From NCBI GenBank assembly GCA_029262455.1, contig JAJCZJ010000105.1, positions 4,885 to 68,884 of the forward strand: DNA of 64,000 bases, read 5' to 3'. This DNA comes from Deltaproteobacteria bacterium (GTDB lineage: Bacteria; Desulfobacterota; Binatia; HRBIN30; CADEER01). The position numbers and the translations under genes were made by a program. Under the pieces are notes generated by a model. The model ran no database searches and was not told the origin of the DNA. It saw only the letters and a list, made by a program, of their open reading frames with translations. Shown one piece after another: positions 1-9,595 of the stretch (position 1 is the first letter of the stretch; every line of letters starts with the position of its first letter).

Positions 1-794
1 CCTTCGATGACACGCGTGCCGCCGAGACACAGGACGACCAGCGTCCCGAGGCCCGAGGCGGTTCGCATGATCGGGCCCAGTTGGCCGCGTACGCGGGCGA
101 GAGCAAGACTCTCGTTGGTGAGATTGCGGTTGTTGCGTGAAAAACGGCGTACGGCGACATCTTCCGCTTCGTAGGATCGGATCACGTGGATGCCGGCGAT
201 GTTTTCTTGGACCACACTGCTCAGCGAAGCCAATTCCTCCTGGACGCGCAGAGTCTGCTCCATCATTTTTCTCGAAACACGTTTGACGATGAACAGCAGT
301 AGCGGGAAAGGGAGCAGGGCCGCGAGTGTCAACGTCGGATCGAGGGCAAGCATGATGGTGAGGCCGTAGGCGTAGTAGATCGGCGTGTTGAGCAAGTTGA
401 GAAAGCCGACGCCGAGAAGCATGCGGATCGCCGTGACGTCGTTGATCAGGCGCGACATCAGGTCGCCAGTTTGTTGGTATTGGTAGTATTCGAGCGGCAA
501 GGTCTCGAGGTGCGCGAAGAGATCGTTGCGCAAATCACATTCGACGTCGCGGCCGACGTTGAAGATCATCGATCGGGACAGGGTCCGGACGAATCCCTGG
601 ACGATCGCAATGGCCGCGATCAATCCGGCAAGGGACGCCACGTCCGCGAACGGTTTGCCGGCCTCGATCGATTCGATCGCCTGCTTCAGCAAGTAGGGCA
701 CCGCCATCGCGAGCGATGCGGTGAGCAGTAGGCAGGCCGCACCAAACGCGTAGCGCGGCCAGTAGCGCCGTAGATAGCCCCAGAGGCGTAACAC
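1..794 (-). CDS. ABC transporter fused permease/ATP-binding protein (MsbA/MdlA-like exporter); 3' part lies outside the window
   Basis: Manual translation gives VLRLWGYLRRYWPRYAFGAACLLL...DLRNDLFAHLETLPLEYYQYQQTGDLMSRLINDVTAIR...VQENIAGIHVIRSY, typical of an ABC_membrane domain. GTG start at 794 is inferred. Confidence 0.85.
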   Translation of the reverse strand, partial: MLRLWGYLRRYWPRYAFGAACLLLTASLAMAVPYLLKQAIESIEAGKPFADVASLAGLIAAIAIVQGFVRTLSRSMIFNVGRDVECDLRNDLFAHLETLPLEYYQYQQTGDLMSRLINDVTAIRMLLGVGFLNLLNTPIYYAYGLTIMLALDPTLTLAALLPFPLLLFIVKRVSRKMMEQTLRVQEELASLSSVVQENIAGIHVIRSYEAEDVAVRRFSRNNRNLTNESLALARVRGQLGPIMRTASGLGTLVVLCLGGTRVIE

Positions 795-910
795 CCGGGC
801 ATCATCCCATATGGCGACCCCGATGCAACGTAGCCCCAGTGGTCGCGATAGGGGCGGAGGGGCGGGGCGTGTTCGCCTTCGCCCCTCCGTTGTTCGCTTC
901 TTGCTTTACG

Positions 911-2239
911 TTACTTGAGAACCTTGCCATGCCACACGCGCATGCGACCGAAGTGCCCGCGTTGTGGCGTCGTTCCGGCGCGACCGGATTTCCAGTTGGG
1001 GTGGACGACATCGCCAAAGGCGACCCCGATGTCGAGAACGCCGTCGTTGTTCGTGTCCGCGATGTCAATGCCCCAGCTTCGCATCTCGCCGGTGCCCGGA
1101 AGGCCGGTAGCGGCCGCATGAGTCCAGTTGCCGTTCCCGTCGTTGAGATATGGGAACACGCCGTAAACGCCGCCGATCTGGTCGAGAGCCCGTTTGCCGA
1201 CTGCGACGAGATCTGCGTCGCCGTCGTTGTCGAGATCGCCAACCGCGACACCCAGCGCATTGATCGGCTTGATGCCCTTGTTGGAGAACTTCCAGGACCC
1301 GTCTGCTTGTTGCAGGAACACCTCAATGCCGCCGCCAGCGCAAACCTCGCTGTCTGGACCGCAGCCAGCCTGCGGCGGCATCTGGGAGCCAGAGACGACG
1401 TCGACAAGACCGTCGCCATTGAGGTCGCCGGTTGCGATGCCCCAGTACAAACCGTGGATGTCCGGTGCCGGCAATCCCACCGAAGACTCGGACCAACCGC
1501 CCTTGCCATCCCCCAGCCAAACGCGCGGGCCGGCCGAGTAGGCCGCGACGACGTCGAGATTGCCGTCGTTGTTGAAATCGTCCAAGTCGATGCCGTTGCC
1601 CCACTCTTCGATCGACAGGCCGTCCGAAGACTCCCGCCAAACCCCCTTACAGTTGCCGGTAAATGCGCGCACACCTTCTTCCGCGGCCGCCACCGAGACC
1701 AAATCAGCGCAGCCGTCGTTCGTGAAGTCCCCGAGCGCCACATCTTCGCTGCCGATCGTCGGCAGTCCGGATGACGCACCGCGCCAATTGCCCTGGCCGT
1801 CGCCGAGGAACACGAAGACTCCTTTGCAATGGTCGGCAATCGCTAGATCCATTAGACCGTCGTTGTCGACGTCGGCGAAATCGACACCACCTCCGCAGAA
1901 CTGTTCACGTGGTAATCCCTCGCCAGCGGCGCGCCAAGATCCTTTGCCGTCCGTAATCCAGGCCCAGGGCCCGTCGGATAGGCGCGACACCGCAGCCATG
2001 TCTGCGAATCCGTCGCCGTTCACGTCACCGAAGCCGACTTGCGACTTCCAGATCCGGGACTGTGGTAGCCCGTCGGATGCCTCGACATATCGCAAATTGG
2101 TGTTGGGTACGGGGTTGCTCGCTTCCCTGACCACCGCCCTCGCACTTTCCTTTGCACTTTCTGTTGCAGCCCCACCGAGCTGAGAGCAGCCGATTCCTGC
2201 CAGGCTGAACGCCAAAATAAATACCAAAATCCTACGCAT
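911..2239 (-). CDS. FG-GAP/VCBS-repeat lipoprotein (probable Ca-binding beta-propeller)
   Basis: GGAGG RBS then MRRILVFILAFSLAGIGC (lipobox-like Cys). About seven repeats of GDxNxDGxxD (GDVNGDGFAD, ADVDNDGLMD, GDFTNDGCAD, DDFNNDGNLD, GDLNGDGLVD, GDLDNDGDAD, ADTNNDGVLD). Confidence 0.85.
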   Translation of the reverse strand: MRRILVFILAFSLAGIGCSQLGGAATESAKESARAVVREASNPVPNTNLRYVEASDGLPQSRIWKSQVGFGDVNGDGFADMAAVSRLSDGPWAWITDGKGSWRAAGEGLPREQFCGGGVDFADVDNDGLMDLAIADHCKGVFVFLGDGQGNWRGASSGLPTIGSEDVALGDFTNDGCADLVSVAAAEEGVRAFTGNCKGVWRESSDGLSIEEWGNGIDLDDFNNDGNLDVVAAYSAGPRVWLGDGKGGWSESSVGLPAPDIHGLYWGIATGDLNGDGLVDVVSGSQMPPQAGCGPDSEVCAGGGIEVFLQQADGSWKFSNKGIKPINALGVAVGDLDNDGDADLVAVGKRALDQIGGVYGVFPYLNDGNGNWTHAAATGLPGTGEMRSWGIDIADTNNDGVLDIGVAFGDVVHPNWKSGRAGTTPQRGHFGRMRVWHGKVLK

Positions 2240-2465
2240 CTTCACTTCCTCCAGCCGTTCCATCACAAAGGTTCTCAGGCAGAGACTTCCCCACCGCTTC
2301 GAAAATTCACTTTCGAAGAACAACCCCGCGCTGTAGCACCGCCCCCCATGGGGGTCAAGAAATGCCCGCGAGGCCTCTCCTTCAAGCCGGATATGAGCCG
2401 TTTGCTGCGTCCCCGTGAGGCAAATCTGCCGCCCCGGTCCGCCCGCTGCGTGAACCCCAAATGCC

Positions 2466-2479
2466 TTTTCCGCTTGACA
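2466..2479 (+). promoter_or_regulatory. Promoter element TTTTCCGCTTGACA (consensus -35 TTGACA), shared with 19314-19327
   Basis: The identical 14-mer occurs upstream of both paralog loci. Confidence 0.6.
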
Positions 2480-2642
2480 AGCGCTACGGGGTACAGTAAC
2501 TGGAGGCAGCTTTGCATCGTCCGGAACGAAAATCCGGTGGGTGCGGTTGCGCAAATAGCAATACGTAGTGTACTTCGGGACACTTGGTTTGAAAGGTAGG
2601 CAACGCAAAACGCGCGTGCTTGCCAAGGAAAGGAGACGGGTG

Positions 2643-3881
2643 ATGAGCAAGGGACTGAGGATGCGCTGTATGTTGAGCCTCTGCGGAGTGCTGACAGGCG
2701 TCTTCGGGCTCGCGCTAACAGCGGGAGCAGAAGTCACGTCAGATAGCAGCGGATCGGTCTTGGTGTATCCGAAGGTGATGTATTCGGATTCGGAAGGTGG
2801 GCGGGATACAATCATCCAGCTCTCCAATACGAGCAACAACCCGGTCTACGCACACTGTTTTTATGTGGATTCACGGGAGATCTTTGGCCGGCCGCTTTGG
2901 CAGGTGACCGATTTCCGGTTGGTCCTCACAAAGCAACAACCAACCCACTGGGTCGCGAGTATGGGTCGTTCTCAGAACAATAACGACAACTTCCAGACCC
3001 CTACTCAAGACGGTGCCGGACTCGATCCGGGCGGTATCCCGCCGGTAACGAGTGGTTTCCAGGGTGAACTGAAGTGTGTCCAGACCGACGCTTCAGGTAC
3101 TCCCTTTGGTGGAAACAGCCTCAAGGGTGAGGCTGTTTTGAGAAGCCGCGATGGCGATGTCAGTAAGTACAACGCGCTCGGCATCATCGCGAACCCCGAT
3201 TTCGCCAGCGACGGCGATCCGGACGAGCTACTGTTGAACAACACCGCGAACTTCGACGGTGAGTACAACTCGTGTTCGAACATGGTTCTGATGGATCACT
3301 TCGCAGATGGAGCGCCGGCGTGTCCGATTGAGACCTGTCTGACGCCTTCAAACGTTTGTAGCGGTTCAGGCGCGGCCTGCGCCGAAGACTCGGATTGCCC
3401 GATCACCTGCCCGATTCGCCCCTACCTGACCATGGTCCCGTGTCAGCAGGATCTCGAGAATCTGATTCCCGAGAGCGTTACGGTTCAGTTCGCAATCACG
3501 AACGAATTTGAGAACAACTTCTCGACGAGCACGACGGTCGATTGTTGGGAGAATACACGCCTCGCCGATATCGATGTCGGTAACGGTAACTGCACAGGAT
3601 CCACGACCCCATGTTCGGTGGATTCCGATTGCATCACGGGTCTGTGTGACAAGACGAACAGTGTGTTTTCGTTCGCTGTTCTAGGTAGCAACTCAGCGTT
3701 TACGACGATCACACCGGTGGGATTGGATGGTGGCATCATCGCGATCGGTGAGGAGCAGCACTACTCTCAGGGCGCGGCCGACCGTGCCTGGGCAGCGTGG
3801 AACCTGCATCAGATGGGGACTCGCTTCGACGCGACCGACACTCAGCGTGTTGACCGCATCCGCATCCCACAGCAGTTCTAG
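2643..3881 (+). CDS. Secreted Cys-rich protein, uncharacterised family, subtype A (paralog 1)
   Basis: AAGGAG RBS, ATG 2643, signal peptide ending ALTAGA. Family motifs GSVLVYPKV, DTIIQLSNTSN, YAHCFY, DFRLVLTKQQPTHW, GFQGELKCVQ, LTMVPC, NEFE. Confidence 0.85.
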   Translation: MSKGLRMRCMLSLCGVLTGVFGLALTAGAEVTSDSSGSVLVYPKVMYSDSEGGRDTIIQLSNTSNNPVYAHCFYVDSREIFGRPLWQVTDFRLVLTKQQPTHWVASMGRSQNNNDNFQTPTQDGAGLDPGGIPPVTSGFQGELKCVQTDASGTPFGGNSLKGEAVLRSRDGDVSKYNALGIIANPDFASDGDPDELLLNNTANFDGEYNSCSNMVLMDHFADGAPACPIETCLTPSNVCSGSGAACAEDSDCPITCPIRPYLTMVPCQQDLENLIPESVTVQFAITNEFENNFSTSTTVDCWENTRLADIDVGNGNCTGSTTPCSVDSDCITGLCDKTNSVFSFAVLGSNSAFTTITPVGLDGGIIAIGEEQHYSQGAADRAWAAWNLHQMGTRFDATDTQRVDRIRIPQQF

Positions 3882-3942
3882 TTACGGGTGACGGAGAGAA
3901 GCCATGGTGTTTTCGTCGAGAGGTGAGGAAAGGAGTCAAGTG

Positions 3943-5286
3943 ATGAGCACGAAGATGGGGTTCTGGCGGTACGCCCTCGCGGGCACTGCAATGCTGCTTC
4001 TGTGCAGCAGCGCAGCCAGCGCTAGAATCATTGAAGCCAAAGGAATTAGCACGATCGAGAAGGGGGCAATTCTAGTTTATATTGACCTCGAACTCGATAC
4101 TGTTAACGGAATCGATACGCGGTTGCAGTTGACCAACACGTCGAACTTTTTGACGCGCGTCGATTGTTATTACGTCAACGCCAACAGCCACTGTGGTGGC
4201 GATGGCGGGCCGATTTGCGATTCGGACGCCCGCTGTGTCGAGTTGGGCTTTTCGTCCAATATTCGCTGTTTGCCGGGCTGGGCCAAGAGAGATTTTCGTC
4301 TGACCTTGACTAAGCGTCAGCCGCTTTCTTGGAATCTGGGCGATGGTCTCAGCCGGCTGCCACTTGCAGATCAGCCGAGCCAAGACGGGCAGTTCAACGA
4401 AGGTGCGATTCCGCCTGCACCGGAAGACCCGTTCATCGGTGAGCTGCGCTGTGTGCAGAAGGATGTCGGAGATCCCGATCGTCCGAGTGACCGCAATGAT
4501 CTCAAGGGTGAGATGACTGTTGTGCAAACCTCGAGCAACAACTCGATCGACGCGCGCAAGGCCAACGCCATTGCGATCAAGGCGATCGAAGGGGCGCAGG
4601 ACGGTGATCCGAACACTCTGAATATCGGTGGTCCCGAGGCCGAGTACGGATCGTTTCCGGCCGATGGCCAGGAAGGAAACGTTGGTTGTCCGAACATCTG
4701 GACGGTCAATCACTTCTTCGAGGGTGCGGAAGTCGTCTCTCACGAGGGGGGCGTCAACCAGAACGTCAACACGAAGATGACAGTCGTTCCTTGTGGGGCG
4801 AATTTTCTGACTGACATTGCTGGCACGGCGACGTTGCAGTTCCTGATCTACAACGAGTTCGAGCAGCGTTTGTCGACCTCCACCAGTGTGGACTGTTACA
4901 AAGAGACACTGCTGGCTGACATCGATACCCGTCCGGGTAACATCAACAATGAAAATCGTCGGTCGATTTTCAGTGTCGGTACCCAGGGCACGTTGACTGG
5001 TATGTCTCGCGTTCGTTCGGTCTCTGGTCCGGATGACAACGAAGACAATTACGATGGCAACGGCGTTCTCATCCAACTCGAAGAGTTGTGGGGGCTCGGT
5101 ACCTGTGGTGCAGCGCCTGCAAATGGTGAGACGAGAAACGCGGTCGCGCTTTGTGGGGTCGATTCGGATTGTCCGGATGGACAAGTTTGCAACCCGGTTT
5201 CCGGTGGTCTTCCGTACAAGACCACAGCGGCGAATGTGCAGTTCCAGGGGAATCGAAGCCAGGGCGATCAGATCATCCTGCCGTAA
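3943..5286 (+). CDS. Secreted Cys-rich protein, same family, subtype B (paralog 2)
   Basis: AAGGAG RBS, ATG 3943, signal peptide ending SAASA. Motifs DTRLQLTNTSN, CYYVNANSHC, DPFIGELRCVQ, YNEFEQRLSTS, SIFSVGTQGT. Confidence 0.85.
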   Translation: MSTKMGFWRYALAGTAMLLLCSSAASARIIEAKGISTIEKGAILVYIDLELDTVNGIDTRLQLTNTSNFLTRVDCYYVNANSHCGGDGGPICDSDARCVELGFSSNIRCLPGWAKRDFRLTLTKRQPLSWNLGDGLSRLPLADQPSQDGQFNEGAIPPAPEDPFIGELRCVQKDVGDPDRPSDRNDLKGEMTVVQTSSNNSIDARKANAIAIKAIEGAQDGDPNTLNIGGPEAEYGSFPADGQEGNVGCPNIWTVNHFFEGAEVVSHEGGVNQNVNTKMTVVPCGANFLTDIAGTATLQFLIYNEFEQRLSTSTSVDCYKETLLADIDTRPGNINNENRRSIFSVGTQGTLTGMSRVRSVSGPDDNEDNYDGNGVLIQLEELWGLGTCGAAPANGETRNAVALCGVDSDCPDGQVCNPVSGGLPYKTTAANVQFQGNRSQGDQIILP

Positions 5287-5313
5287 CCCTGATCTAGTCA
5301 TCACTTGAATCAG

Positions 5314-5348
5314 CCCCGGGAGAGTCCGACTCTCCCGGGGTTTTTTTT
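5314..5348 (+). terminator. Rho-independent terminator after paralog pair 1
   Basis: CCCCGGGAGAG-tccga-CTCTCCCGGGG followed by T8. Confidence 0.9.
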
Positions 5349-5538
5349 CGGCCGCAGCTCTGCTTGATCGAAAGAGGGTGAAGTTGGGGCAGGGGGCATC
5401 GCAACGTTGGGGGGCTTCTTGCGGTCGTGCCAAGCTCGAATCGTTGCGGCGGGGATTTGGCTTTACGAGGTAGGGCGGGCTTTCGCCCGCGGCGCCCGGC
5501 CGGCATGAGGGGGCGTTTGCGGATCAGAGGGACCTCAT

Positions 5539-5695
5539 GGGGCGTCGGCTGAGAGTGCCGCAACCGGGGCGGGGCACAGGGGCGTCGGCTGACCAGGCGT
5601 GCCAAGGGGCCGGCTTAGAGTGCCACACCCGGGCGAAGTGAGGGGGCGTCGGCTACCAGGCCTCCACGTAGGGTGGCTTAGAGTGCCTTACGTGG
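5539..5695. repeat. Cluster of short GC-rich intergenic repeats (REP-like)
   Basis: GGGGCGTCGGCT at 5539, 5579 and 5643; GGCT(G/T)AGAGTGCC at 5547, 5612 and 5675; hairpin at 5664-5695. Confidence 0.55.
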
Positions 5696-5756
5696 GGCGG
5701 CCGCAACGCACACGAGGTCGGATCCTCACGGCCAAGAGTGTGCCGGCTTGGGGTTG

Positions 5757-7532
5757 TCAGAGTTCCAGCCGCTCGAGCTTACCGATGCCGTGGCGGACAG
5801 ACATGGTGAAGACCGCGATGGTGAGGACGACCACCGCGCTAAGAGAAGTTATGACGCCGAACCAAGCGGAATGGCTGAGGGGCGTTCCAGAGAACTGGCT
5901 CGTGAAGATGACGTAGACCGGCCAGGCCTCGAGTGTGACGACTGCGCCAATGAACGACATGGCCTGCACCATGAATACGAGGCCGCCCGCGCTCGATGCG
6001 ACTTTCGCGGCGTTCTCAGCTTCGAAGTCGGGATAGCTGGCACCGACGGCGAGGGCTAGCGATACGATGGGAAAGATCATCGCCAGCAGAGTGGCGGTTG
6101 CCAGCCAGTTCATGAATGGCATCACTTGCAGATAGGCGTTTGTCGCGAGGATCAGGATTTCACCGAGAATGAGCAAGGGGACGAGGCCACTCCAGAATTT
6201 GGCCCACCACAGCTGTGCTGCGGAGACGGGGGCGGTCTTGATCGCCCAAAACGCGCGTCCCTCGAGACTGATGGAGGGATAGACGAAACGTGCCGCGACC
6301 GAGGCCGTCACGAATGCCGCAAGCGCGAGATTGACGAAGGCGATGACGTTTTTGAAGTAAAACGTAACCAGCGGGCTACCGTTAATTGGCAATACGCTAA
6401 AGTTGTAGACGTACACGACGATCAGCGCGGCGAGGAGAATCAGCTGGGACCACTGGCTCGTATCCCTGAAGAAGGTTTTGATTTCCTTCTCGACCAGAAC
6501 GCGCGTCGCTGACTGGAATGGAGAGGTCAGGATCCGCAGGACGGTTTCCCACACAGGGCGCATCGCCTTGCGGGTTTGGCGACCTTCTTGGGCCTTGGTC
6601 CAGCCTTTGTCGAACAGTCGCGTGACTACGGCTTCGCAAGCCATGACTGCCACGCCGGCCGTGGATAGGAGGACCATGTAGTAGAACAGGGGTTGCCCGT
6701 CGCGCAGGCCGAGCATCGGGAAAATGATCTCAGTCGCCCAGGTGCTGGGCAGGAATGCCCATTCGGGCGTCTGCATTGCGTTTAGAAAGGCGGTGAAGTC
6801 GGCAAAACCCTCGGGATTTACGAGCCTTTCTGGCCGAATCATGCGGAATAGCATGTACAGTAGCGCGACCGAGAACACCGCTAGGATGAGCAGGATGTCT
6901 TTGGTCCGGCGCGCCGGAAAGACGTTGACGAGAATCGTGGTCAGCATCACACCGATCGCAGCCGGGATCACCAAGAACGGTGGCAGGGTTGCCGCGGTGA
7001 CGAGGTAGAACGCCGGGCCAGTCCCGTGAACGACGCCGTAGGCGAGAAAGGCTGGCGCCGAGAAAAGCAGCATCATCCACGAGGAGTCGATGATGGTCTC
7101 GGCGAACCGGGCGTAAAAGAGGTTGCGTGTCGGGACCGGCGCGGCAACGACTCTTTCGAGCTCTCGGGCGAGAAAAAACGTCGACAGAGAAGCGACGATG
7201 TTGGAAAAAAGCAAGATCGAGAAGAACGTTACGAAAACCATGCCGAGTAGCTTGTAGGTCAGAATTGGTCCGAAGTCGGGAACTGCCAGAAAGTAGCTCA
7301 GTGCGCGGTAGAAAAATGCAAACACCGCCCCGGCAAACGCCAGCGCTAGGACTGCGAAGCCTCCTAGACGCACGCGGGCGGCGTGTGAGTACCGCTTGTA
7401 TCGGTTGCGCGAGGCCATGAACCGCGGCGCGAGTAACAATCGCAGCCAGCCGAAGAAACCGGGATCGGAAGCCGGCGTTTGCTGTGAGTGCCATGTCCCG
7501 GCGGTGGCCGTATCGGCAAGGGGCGGGGTCAT
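5757..7532 (-). CDS. Putative ABC exporter permease (multi-TM, ABC-2-like)
   Basis: 591 aa with many hydrophobic helices; KEIKTFFRD and SISLEGRAFW motifs; overlaps the ATPase gene by 4 nt. Confidence 0.8.
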   Translation of the reverse strand: MTPPLADTATAGTWHSQQTPASDPGFFGWLRLLLAPRFMASRNRYKRYSHAARVRLGGFAVLALAFAGAVFAFFYRALSYFLAVPDFGPILTYKLLGMVFVTFFSILLFSNIVASLSTFFLARELERVVAAPVPTRNLFYARFAETIIDSSWMMLLFSAPAFLAYGVVHGTGPAFYLVTAATLPPFLVIPAAIGVMLTTILVNVFPARRTKDILLILAVFSVALLYMLFRMIRPERLVNPEGFADFTAFLNAMQTPEWAFLPSTWATEIIFPMLGLRDGQPLFYYMVLLSTAGVAVMACEAVVTRLFDKGWTKAQEGRQTRKAMRPVWETVLRILTSPFQSATRVLVEKEIKTFFRDTSQWSQLILLAALIVVYVYNFSVLPINGSPLVTFYFKNVIAFVNLALAAFVTASVAARFVYPSISLEGRAFWAIKTAPVSAAQLWWAKFWSGLVPLLILGEILILATNAYLQVMPFMNWLATATLLAMIFPIVSLALAVGASYPDFEAENAAKVASSAGGLVFMVQAMSFIGAVVTLEAWPVYVIFTSQFSGTPLSHSAWFGVITSLSAVVVLTIAVFTMSVRHGIGKLERLEL

Positions 7533-8287
7533 GCGAGGAGCGCCTGGGCCTCGGGTTCCGTGTCGCCACCCGTCAGGCTAAGGAAAATCGACTCCAGACT
7601 CGAGTCCGCATCACGGCCGGCCTGGGAGCGAAGCTCCTCGACCGTCCCGAGCGCGATGAGTTGCCCCTTGAGGATGATTCCGACGCGGTCGCATAGCTCT
7701 TCCGCGACCTCGAGGCTGTGGGTCGACATGAAGACGGTGGCGCCGCGGTCCGCAGTGTCGCGAAAGATCCTCTTGAGCAGTCTTGCTCCGCGCGGATCCA
7801 TTCCGACGGTTGGTTCGTCGACGATGAGAAGGCTCGGCTGATGCATCAGCGCACTTGCCATGACGAGTCTCTGTTTCATGCCATGCGAGTATCCTTCGAT
7901 TAGCTCATCTCCCCAGTCGCCCAGATCAAACACTTCTAGAAATCGCTCTCGACGGGTGTTCCGTTCCTTCTCGGGCAAGGAGTAGAGCTGCGCTGCAAAG
8001 TCTAGGTACTCGGAGCCGGTCAGCTTGTCGTACACATGGGGCCGGTCCGGGACGAACCCGCACAGGGACTTTGCCGCCAGCGGGTTCTTAATGAGGTCGT
8101 AGCCGCCGAGATTGATCTGCCCCGAGGTCGGCTGTAGCAACCCCATCATCATTCGAATGGTGGTGGTCTTGCCCGCGCCGTTGGGGCCTAGGAAGCCGAA
8201 GATCTCCCCATCGGGTACCTGGAGGTTCAGCTGATTGACTGCCAGCGTACTGGCGTACTGTTTGGTCAGGGCGATTAGCTCGATCAT
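7529..8287 (-). CDS. ABC transporter ATP-binding protein
   Basis: Walker A GPNGAGKTT, signature YSHGMKQR, Walker B LIVDEP, H-loop STH. Confidence 0.95.
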   Translation of the reverse strand: MIELIALTKQYASTLAVNQLNLQVPDGEIFGFLGPNGAGKTTTIRMMMGLLQPTSGQINLGGYDLIKNPLAAKSLCGFVPDRPHVYDKLTGSEYLDFAAQLYSLPEKERNTRRERFLEVFDLGDWGDELIEGYSHGMKQRLVMASALMHQPSLLIVDEPTVGMDPRGARLLKRIFRDTADRGATVFMSTHSLEVAEELCDRVGIILKGQLIALGTVEELRSQAGRDADSSLESIFLSLTGGDTEPEAQALLA

Positions 8288-8377
8288 GTGGCCTCCTACG
8301 CAGATGGCAAACCGGTACGTCTCTGCGTTAAAGCAAAAAGAATGCCCGGTGGTTCGCTATATTTAGGCTTTGAGGTG

Positions 8378-8752
8378 TCATTTTCGCGAACTGGCGTCGG
8401 TGGCATTCACCCGCCGGTTTTTCGCGTTTCGCTGGCTGCCTGCCCATTGGAACCGCATCAGGTCGATACGCCCTGATCGACGCACATCGACACCCTCCGA
8501 TTCGAGCATGTCGCGCTGCAGAAAGGCTCGCTCGTCATCGCGTGCGCGACTGATTCCTTGCGCTGCGATGACTCGTTGCCACGGAATGATCGCTTCGAGA
8601 CGACGCGGCAGGCGGGCAAGGGCGGTTCCGACCGCACGGGCAGCGCGCGGGTGTCCGACGTATGCGGCGATCTGACCGTACGTCGCGACGCTACCTTTCG
8701 GTATCCGTCGGACCGCTGCATAAACTGCCGAGGTGAAACTTGTCTGTGTCAC
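8378..8752 (-). CDS. Alkyltransferase-like (ATL, YbaZ/MGMT family) O6-alkylguanine-binding protein
   Basis: IPKGSVATYGQIA...ARAVG. Active-site PCHRV is replaced by PWQRV, the Trp variant typical of ATLs. Confidence 0.85.
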   Translation of the reverse strand: MTQTSFTSAVYAAVRRIPKGSVATYGQIAAYVGHPRAARAVGTALARLPRRLEAIIPWQRVIAAQGISRARDDERAFLQRDMLESEGVDVRRSGRIDLMRFQWAGSQRNAKNRRVNATDASSRK

Positions 8753-8794
8753 TGCTGTGGCGTGCCGGGGGCCGACGCTAGATCGGCTCGAAAA

Positions 8795-9076
8795 CTACGA
8801 GTTGGGCGGCGGGAAGACTTGGAGGAAAGGATGGATATCGATTCGCTCGAAGATACCGTTTTCGACATAGGGATCCCGCGCCACGGTTTTCCAAACGTCG
8901 GCTTGCGACTCGGCTTCGACGACGATCAGCGAACCGGCGCCGTCAGTCAAGGGGCCGGCCAAGATCAATTTCCCGGCGCTTTGGATGTCTTCGAGGTGCG
9001 CCAAGTGAGCTGGGCGATGGACAGGGCGCCGGTCTTTCGCGTCGCGAGCGTCGTGGGCGATGATGGCAAACAACAT
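8795..9076 (-). CDS. YciI family protein
   Basis: MLFAIIAHD...RPVHRPAHLAHL...LAGPL...GSLIVVEA...DPY. Confidence 0.85.
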   Translation of the reverse strand: MLFAIIAHDARDAKDRRPVHRPAHLAHLEDIQSAGKLILAGPLTDGAGSLIVVEAESQADVWKTVARDPYVENGIFERIDIHPFLQVFPPPNS

Positions 9077-9167
9077 GGGCTTCCCTCCTGGGCTTTCCTC
9101 CTGGGCTTCCTCCGCGGAGTGGTGCGCTTGTTTTGCTATGTGCGTCAGTCGCGCTACGATACCGAAC

Positions 9168-9536
9168 ATGGCCGAAGACCACCAACCGCAGATTCCGGCT
9201 GCCTTGGAGCAGATGCTTCTTGGCCTGACCGAGCTCGAGTCTGTTCTGGGTGAGGCGGGCCGCCGCCTCATCCCGGCGATTCACGGGCGTTTGCAGGAGG
9301 CGATGGCGGCACGTGATCGCGGCGACCCAGTTGGAATGTTCGAAGCCGTGGGTGCCGCAATGCGTGAAATTGCGGCCGTCGGCGATCAGTTGGAGCCGGG
9401 CGTCGGGAGCGCCATGGCAGCGCTCGCCGATCGTTTCCAGTCGGCGATGGTGCGCGGCGATATGGCCGAGGCCAAGAAGGGCATGGATATCATGTTCGAA
9501 CAGTCGGGTGCGCGCTATGTGCCGAAGAAGGATTGA
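9168..9536 (+). CDS. Hypothetical helical protein
   Basis: Natural-looking amphipathic 122-aa ORF filling the gap between yciI and thiI. Confidence 0.6.
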   Translation: MAEDHQPQIPAALEQMLLGLTELESVLGEAGRRLIPAIHGRLQEAMAARDRGDPVGMFEAVGAAMREIAAVGDQLEPGVGSAMAALADRFQSAMVRGDMAEAKKGMDIMFEQSGARYVPKKD

Positions 9537-9595
9537 GCCGCGGGCCTTTCGAGGACGGTGACCATCCCGGCCGATGCCAGCGGCCGGGCCATAGC

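Noticed and set aside
2240-2839. 200-aa N-terminal extension of ORF 911..2839
   Set aside because: It overlaps paralog 1 and its promoter on the other strand; the RBS and lipoprotein signal point to ATG 2239.
4072-5433. 453-aa minus-strand ORF
   Set aside because: Antisense to paralog 2, crosses the terminator, and has no recognisable motifs.
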